Source: an uncultured Candidatus Peribacteria bacterium
GTDB taxonomy: Bacteria; Patescibacteriota; Gracilibacteria; UM-FILTER-43-11
Direction: 5' to 3'
Length of the DNA: 35,424 nt
Assembly: GCA_964538225.1 (NCBI GenBank)
Contig: CAZIDW010000005.1
Span: 1-35,424, forward strand
In this document: one piece after another, positions 32,101 through 35,424 of the stretch
Numbering within the stretch: position 1 is the first letter of the stretch
How the letters are laid out: the number at the start of each line of letters is the position of its first letter
Notes under the pieces: generated by a model
Told to the model about the DNA's origin: nothing
Databases searched by the model: none
Seen by the model: the letters and a program-made list of their open reading frames with translations, nothing else
Position numbers and translations under genes: made by a program

Positions 32101-33908
32101 TTGCCGATGTTGTCCCGCGAGAGCGGGTTTCCATCCGGCCCGTAAACGTATTGGCTTAATTCCGCGATCATCGGGTCGATTTCTTTGTCCTCAGATTTTT
32201 CTTTAATCAATTCGCTGATTTCCTCCATGCGCCCGATGTTGTCCTCCAGCAGGCGCGCTTTTACCATGGCCAGGTTCGCGTAGCGGGCGAACAGCAGAAA
32301 GGTACGCTGGGGGGCCTGCAAAAACCGGCCTTCCACGGTGCGGTTGAAGTATTCGGACTGCGCCAAAGTCTCAAACATCCATTTATATTCATCGGTGATG
32401 TCACCTTCATATTCTTCTTTTCCTTCTTTATTGATCCGGTAGCGGCTGACCCCTTCGCGATAAATCGTGGCGACCAGCATGCGCCGGATGGCCGGGTGCA
32501 GGTCTTTGCCGAAATACCCGCCGTGTTCCCCGTACAGGTGGTCTACCGTTTCCATGGCTTTTTTGAACTTGCGCATGGCTAGTTCCATCAGGATCTGGCG
32601 GTTATTGGGCTTGCTCAGACTTTCCCGTGTGAAGGCTTGTCCTGCCTTTTCTTTGTCTTCTACGCGTTTGTGGTAATCCTGGGCCGCGTCAGCCAGTTTT
32701 TTGCACTTTTCCAGATCTTTTATCTTTTCCTGATAAATAGCGATGTTCAGATGGGTCTCCTTTTCTTTTTTAAGATTTTTTATTTTGATTTCAAAATCCA
32801 GCTGTATGTCTCCGATAGCTCCCCCTATTTCCCCGAAAGCCCGGCTTAAAGGCGGTGTCATCCGCACCTTGGCCGCCCGGTTTTCTATTCCGGTTGCCCC
32901 GCTGGTTTGGATGATCTCGTCGATACGCGCGGGAATGGCATCGCTTTTTGCCCGGGCCAGTGTTTCCTGTTCCGTGAGCTTTTCGTGAAAATGGCGTATA
33001 TCCTGTTCAGGGTCTTTGCCCCCCCAGTAGGTCAACCATTCATGATGAAGGAAGGGAAAATTCCTTTTGTTCTCCGCCGGATCGTTTTTAAAATTTTCAC
33101 CCAATACAAAGCTATTGGGGGCAAAATCATTGGTCTCGTACGCCAGGATCGACAGAAACAGCTGTTTGCTTTCACGCAGTTTTTGTTCGGATTCAATTCC
33201 CTCTGGCCCTTTCCAGAAGCTCTCAAAAAAACGGTCGCTCAAAAGCGGGCTTTCCACCGCCCGTTCAAAGGCTGCGACCGCGTTGTTGAATTCACGGCTT
33301 TCCTTAAATTCCTTACGCTTTCTCATGATTTCCCCCACCTTTTCGCCTTTATAGGTCAGGCGCTGGTGGCGCCGGTAAATCACGTCTGTTTTGGCCTTTT
33401 CCAGCTTTTTGAGAAGGGCTTCATGCTCCTCGATGGCTTTTACCAGTGATGCTAATTCCTTGGGCTGATTCCGTCTTTTTTCAAAGTATTTTTTAACCTC
33501 TTTAAACGGATGCCACTTTTTGCCGGTCTCGTCATCCTCGTAAAAGAACTCGGATTCCTGAATGGCTTTGGTGCGGTCTTTGGTAGCCCCCAAATCATCA
33601 AAATCCAGTTTAACGGCCTGCTCGTGGGGCCGTCTTTTTTTGGCGACGTCATCCCATTCCTCAAAATCTTCATCCGCGTATTTCTGGTTGTATGCTTTCT
33701 GGCTCGCCAGGAGTGTTTCCCGGCTTTCTTCCACCTTTTCTTTTTGCTTATCAACTTCCTCCTCCAGTTTTTTAATGGTCTCTTCTTTCAGGTCGGTCTC
33801 AATGCCGGCTTCTGTTTCCAGGCGGAATTCCCTAAAGACCGGCTGGTTTACCCATAAGCCGAAATCACTGTTTTCAGAACGATGGTGGCTCCAGGCGGTC
33901 AAAGGCAT
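29199..33908 (-). CDS. island gene B: 1569-aa protein of unknown function with central hydrophobic hairpin
   Basis: It is a single uninterrupted ORF, mostly charged and helical-looking. It has no signal peptide, HExxH or Walker A motif. The only hydrophobic stretch is central (GVIDMVIGPGQSIANRAAGVALLIGAWKLAKKAYKGEGKSGKFLRVLFMAGAAELTI, about nt 31250-31440). Confidence 0.85.
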   Translation of the reverse strand: MPLTAWSHHRSENSDFGLWVNQPVFREFRLETEAGIETDLKEETIKKLEEEVDKQKEKVEESRETLLASQKAYNQKYADEDFEEWDDVAKKRRPHEQAVKLDFDDLGATKDRTKAIQESEFFYEDDETGKKWHPFKEVKKYFEKRRNQPKELASLVKAIEEHEALLKKLEKAKTDVIYRRHQRLTYKGEKVGEIMRKRKEFKESREFNNAVAAFERAVESPLLSDRFFESFWKGPEGIESEQKLRESKQLFLSILAYETNDFAPNSFVLGENFKNDPAENKRNFPFLHHEWLTYWGGKDPEQDIRHFHEKLTEQETLARAKSDAIPARIDEIIQTSGATGIENRAAKVRMTPPLSRAFGEIGGAIGDIQLDFEIKIKNLKKEKETHLNIAIYQEKIKDLEKCKKLADAAQDYHKRVEDKEKAGQAFTRESLSKPNNRQILMELAMRKFKKAMETVDHLYGEHGGYFGKDLHPAIRRMLVATIYREGVSRYRINKEGKEEYEGDITDEYKWMFETLAQSEYFNRTVEGRFLQAPQRTFLLFARYANLAMVKARLLEDNIGRMEEISELIKEKSEDKEIDPMIAELSQYVYGPDGNPLSRDNIGKVIKRDKKTLQQWQGLYKEAHKLARVKNPTRKQFADYIETFKKTKSLYDEIYGVNNREFIKSFEEDLAHIDVTYSTLDYDPESRWDYLERLGMRMEYVQGRYEDYISPENKEGDPGMKIEAWDHMLASEEGVQKLVKMFNYILPETKPGVAQGKEDFLKVLETIKGAELDPDPKIRNAQITARNIVKMIEIEIRHREKIDAARAEGKAELAAKLDGMTFGDKITDYAKGVIDMVIGPGQSIANRAAGVALLIGAWKLAKKAYKGEGKSGKFLRVLFMAGAAELTIKHVTGEGLLDRFKLTGIAESMEGTYESVLLEQGAADMEKNEISDDEHARALQELNDVPFAELMEWYEATTPDGRPRPGHEDVKLPRRIQAYNIVRGIKFKEYDPEMRAAKVVKRTIENFFGYVGDKVEKDAYWGKEALNERWVKAITDKDYDLEKAQFTEIQQIIIKKFRNNPDDLTWEVVLKAEMDSYEAERVQKESLLERSKEWGKETSNKLIAKFRYDIYSPVTEAGKDFYDNLGTHYVPWVKRVLSELVDSTTTNVKIMGRRAEIWYEAKKPVILEFVDDVWQLTVEGVTLPLEVLYGVSKFAIPWTTTKLRQVKELLRSDQLVTIHRDLELRDVVGRELLDQNSQLDRQKLEDDDELRGSETFSFLGYYTRPFASAFGAANGNPEAIANGNAYFTETQNERSPDYRIGYLLTSVDKEKAGVKDTHSVGEAHNLMEKAMREQAMEQFVSKHPNLTKADLKKYMDTIHVVVKTGGPGEKAPSKIYAFYRMPMPDSHEYYLKEKGRFPDYYNAAEIKDRLPFIIDPKKGLYENVKEAFGLNSYGTKKFGGYALLAFSQWVRASSYVIGKAGGFAHDVLDVLPFIDSGSIAWIRRYTSLSEEQKQWLDEYFESARSPGTAMSQFYKNRTNAETYDKSLKLFEKNKLEGDLYLGHIRGRQNTDNYNVRPDGWDNEWQKANRP

Positions 33909-33940
33909 GTTTTTGTTTTGTCCAATAAAATTATCTTAAT

Positions 33941-33949
33941 ATTATACCA
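33941..33949 (-). promoter_or_regulatory. extended -10 element (TGgTATAAT) upstream of the 1569-aa gene
   Basis: The minus strand reads tggtataat about 32 nt upstream of the ATG at 33908. The -35 is weak (TGGTAA). The predicted leader is short and has no SD. Confidence 0.5.
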
Positions 33950-33951
33950 AA

Positions 33952-33990
33952 AATTCCGTCCTTTTACCAGAGAGTAAAGTTGACGGAATT
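33952..33990 (-). terminator. hairpin after island gene A (9-bp stem, 21-nt loop, then U-run)
   Basis: AATTCCGTC (33952-33960) pairs with GACGGAATT (33982-33990). On the minus strand the 3' arm runs into UUUUU and then the -10 of gene B. Confidence 0.45.
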
Positions 33991-34016
33991 AATAAATAGT
34001 TTTTTAATTTTATAAC

Positions 34017-35060
34017 TTATTCATCTTTCTTTTTGGCGGACTGGCGCCTTTTCTGCCGTTCAGCAATGGCGTTCTGGTAGCCTTCCGGCACCGCCCAGAT
34101 TACAAATCCTACCCCTTCTCGGCGTCCCGTATTTTCCATTAGATATCCTTCTTTCGATACGCTTAATATGGTTCGGAAAGAACGGTAAGTGGGCACTTTG
34201 ATGATAAAAACGCCCGGATTGTACTTATTGGTTACTACATGGAATTGCATAGTTTTTTCTGGCTCCTGCCCTTCCATAATCATCTGTAAGTTTTTATTCA
34301 TTTCCTCGCGCGAGCGGGGGTGTTGTTCTAAAAGTCTCAGAAATTCTCCGTATCCGGTATTGACGTTACTGTCTTCCGCATCAGGATTGAGTTCGCCTCT
34401 TAGTTGAATTAGCTTGGCCAGTCGATGGGGCAGTTTAATACGGTAGGTGTCATAAATGCCCTGGTCGCGGTCTTTTTTTCCGCGGATCCGATTCCTCCGG
34501 TTGGCAAAGATTTTGCGGTTGACCTTGGGGATTGTCTTGTCAAATTTGTCCCAGTCTAGCCATCCAAGGGGGTTCAGTTCTACCCCGTTTACCTTCACGA
34601 TTTGACCGAACTGGATGCGTATCAAAAAATGCTCAGGAATGTGTACAGCATCATCCCGACGCGTGATATTAAAAACACCCGATGCTTCTTCGCGGTAATG
34701 CAGTTCTTCCGGATGTTGAATAGCCAATTCCAACACTTCGTCTACCTTTTCTTGTTTTTCACTCCTTTCGATATACAGTAAAAAAGAAGGATTGAGATAA
34801 AAACGATAAAGCGTTTCTTGGCAATTTTGAAGCAATTCCAATTCCTCCGGGCCGAATTCAATGGGCGTGCGGTACTGGTCCCGTTCGCGCTGGCATGAGA
34901 TATTCAGATAGCACGGGGGCACGTCCGCTTTTGCTTCCCCAAACGGGCTGACGATTTTTAAAATCGCCGCGGCCACGGCGCCGCGCAGGAGCGCGCGCCG
35001 GCTGACGACCGGATTTCGGGGTTTTTCGCCTTCAGATTGATCGGGTTTATTCACACTCAT
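34017..35060 (-). CDS. island gene A: Tat-signal secreted protein, unknown function
   Basis: It has a twin-arginine signal VVSRRALLRGAVAAAILKIVSPFGEAKA. I moved the start to the ATG at 35060 (MSVNKPDQ...) because the track ATG at 35099 lies between the -35 and -10 of the promoter below. Confidence 0.72.
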   Translation of the reverse strand: MSVNKPDQSEGEKPRNPVVSRRALLRGAVAAAILKIVSPFGEAKADVPPCYLNISCQRERDQYRTPIEFGPEELELLQNCQETLYRFYLNPSFLLYIERSEKQEKVDEVLELAIQHPEELHYREEASGVFNITRRDDAVHIPEHFLIRIQFGQIVKVNGVELNPLGWLDWDKFDKTIPKVNRKIFANRRNRIRGKKDRDQGIYDTYRIKLPHRLAKLIQLRGELNPDAEDSNVNTGYGEFLRLLEQHPRSREEMNKNLQMIMEGQEPEKTMQFHVVTNKYNPGVFIIKVPTYRSFRTILSVSKEGYLMENTGRREGVGFVIWAVPEGYQNAIAERQKRRQSAKKKDE

Positions 35061-35090
35061 AAAATGGTCATAGGTTATGGAGTGAATTTT

Positions 35091-35118
35091 ATTATACATT
35101 ATAAATATATTTTGTCAA
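35091..35118 (-). promoter_or_regulatory. consensus sigma70-type promoter of island gene A (TTGACA-16-TATAAT)
   Basis: The minus strand reads ttgaca aaatatatttataatg tataat. The -10 element is at 35096-35091. Confidence 0.7.
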
Positions 35119-35178
35119 TATTATTTCCAATTCTTAAATTGGGATCCCGCCGAATAACCATTGTAAATGACCCCCTCT

Positions 35179-35408
35179 GACTCGCTACGGCGAGTCTTCT
35201 CCCCCTCGCCTGAGGGACCCCCTCCCTCCCCGCAAAGCGGGGAGTACTCCCCCTCGCCTGAGGGGGAGACTGTTTGTTTTTGCCCTCGCCGGGCGGGCGA
35301 CCGCTCCGAAGTCACATCGGAGCGGTCAGAAAAACCCGCCGGGGGCCTATGAGCCGTGTAATCACCGGAGTCGCCTTGTATCACCGTCTGCCACGGCCAT
35401 AGCCCCCG
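35179..35408. other. string of five GC-rich hairpins with an 18-nt direct repeat, running toward the window edge
   Basis: The hairpins are GACTCGC-tacg-GCGAGTC (35179-35196), CTCCCCGC-aaa-GCGGGGAG (35225-35243) and CTCCCCCT-cgcctg-AGGGGGAG (35248-35269). They continue with GACCGCTCCGA-agtcaca-TCGGAGCGGTC (35299-35327) and a long imperfect stem GGGGGCCTATGAGCCGTG...CACGGCCATAGCCCCC (35341-35408). The direct repeat CTCCCCCTCGCCTGAGGG occurs at 35199-35216 and 35248-35265. Confidence 0.6.
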
Positions 35409-35424
35409 GACCCCCAGGGGTCGC

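Noticed and set aside
35121-35384. An 87-aa ORF with the peptide ...SPSGEGEYSPLCGEGGGPSGEGE...
   Set aside because: It is encoded entirely by the GC-rich hairpin and direct-repeat cluster. The repeated SP.GEG peptide is the usual signature of translating such repeats. No start context supports it.
35125-35424. Possible RNase P RNA, SRP (4.5S) RNA or tmRNA at the window edge. The minus strand reads GGGGGUCCGGGGGCUAUGG...
   Set aside because: The resemblance to the RNase P segment GUCCGGGCUCCAUAGG is superficial. The universal GGAAAGUCC and ACAGAA..GGCUUA elements are missing. The SRP domain IV motif (GGAA tetraloop with AGCA/GGCA loops) and the tmRNA ends are also absent.
1-35424. Alternative genetic code (UGA recoding, as in some candidate phyla), CRISPR arrays and tRNA/rRNA genes.
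   Set aside because: All recognisable genes are full-length under the standard code, with TAA/TAG/TGA stops at the expected positions. No regularly spaced direct repeats with unique spacers were seen. None of the intergenic regions contained a tRNA T-loop/cloverleaf or rRNA-like sequence that I could see.

Overview
This 35.4-kb bacterial window uses the standard genetic code, since all long ORFs are intact without recoding. It splits into two parts.

**Left part (about 1-23.8 kb): housekeeping and cell-envelope genes.**
- Core metabolism and translation: a beta-CASP/MBL hydrolase, gap, prs, cysS, guaA and a tsaE-HD fusion.
- Cell envelope: two glycosyltransferases (GT2 and GT4), an O-antigen-ligase-like protein, lspA and ftsW-murG.
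- Surface and transport: a CAP/SCP-domain surface protein and an orphan lipoprotein solute-binding protein.
- Regulation and other: an ECF sigma factor with a FecR/DUF5667-type partner, and a four-helix-bundle (IVS/Avd-family) gene.
- The gene content and small intergenic spaces look like a streamlined, uncultivated (CPR/Patescibacteria-like) bacterium. That is inference only.

**Right part (23.95-35.12 kb): an all-minus-strand island of seven ORFs that I cannot assign to any family.**
- It encodes a Tat-signal protein and a 1569-aa protein with a central hydrophobic hairpin.
- It also encodes two paralogous polytopic membrane proteins ending in a zinc ribbon plus a conserved acidic ...LDEY[GS] tail.
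- The remaining three are an acidic 412-aa protein, a very basic 286-aa protein and a type-I membrane protein.
- Three of these genes are self-contained cassettes. They are more GC-rich, carry a strong Shine-Dalgarno site, have a long structured leader with a shared CTTGTTCTTTAA box, and end in a perfect 12-14 bp GC hairpin.
- Their neighbours have no Shine-Dalgarno site by eye.
- This island is my best candidate for an undescribed system.

**Repeat families elsewhere in the window.**
- Degenerate heptanucleotide arrays lie upstream of genes and once in-frame inside the GT2 gene.
- A CCATTG/CAATTG repeat family flanks the four-helix-bundle gene and is inserted in-frame in tsaE.
- A ~90-110 nt repeat that includes a stop codon occurs twice.
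- Clusters of short GC-rich hairpins occur at several sites.

I recognised no rRNA, tRNA, CRISPR array, transposase or integrase.
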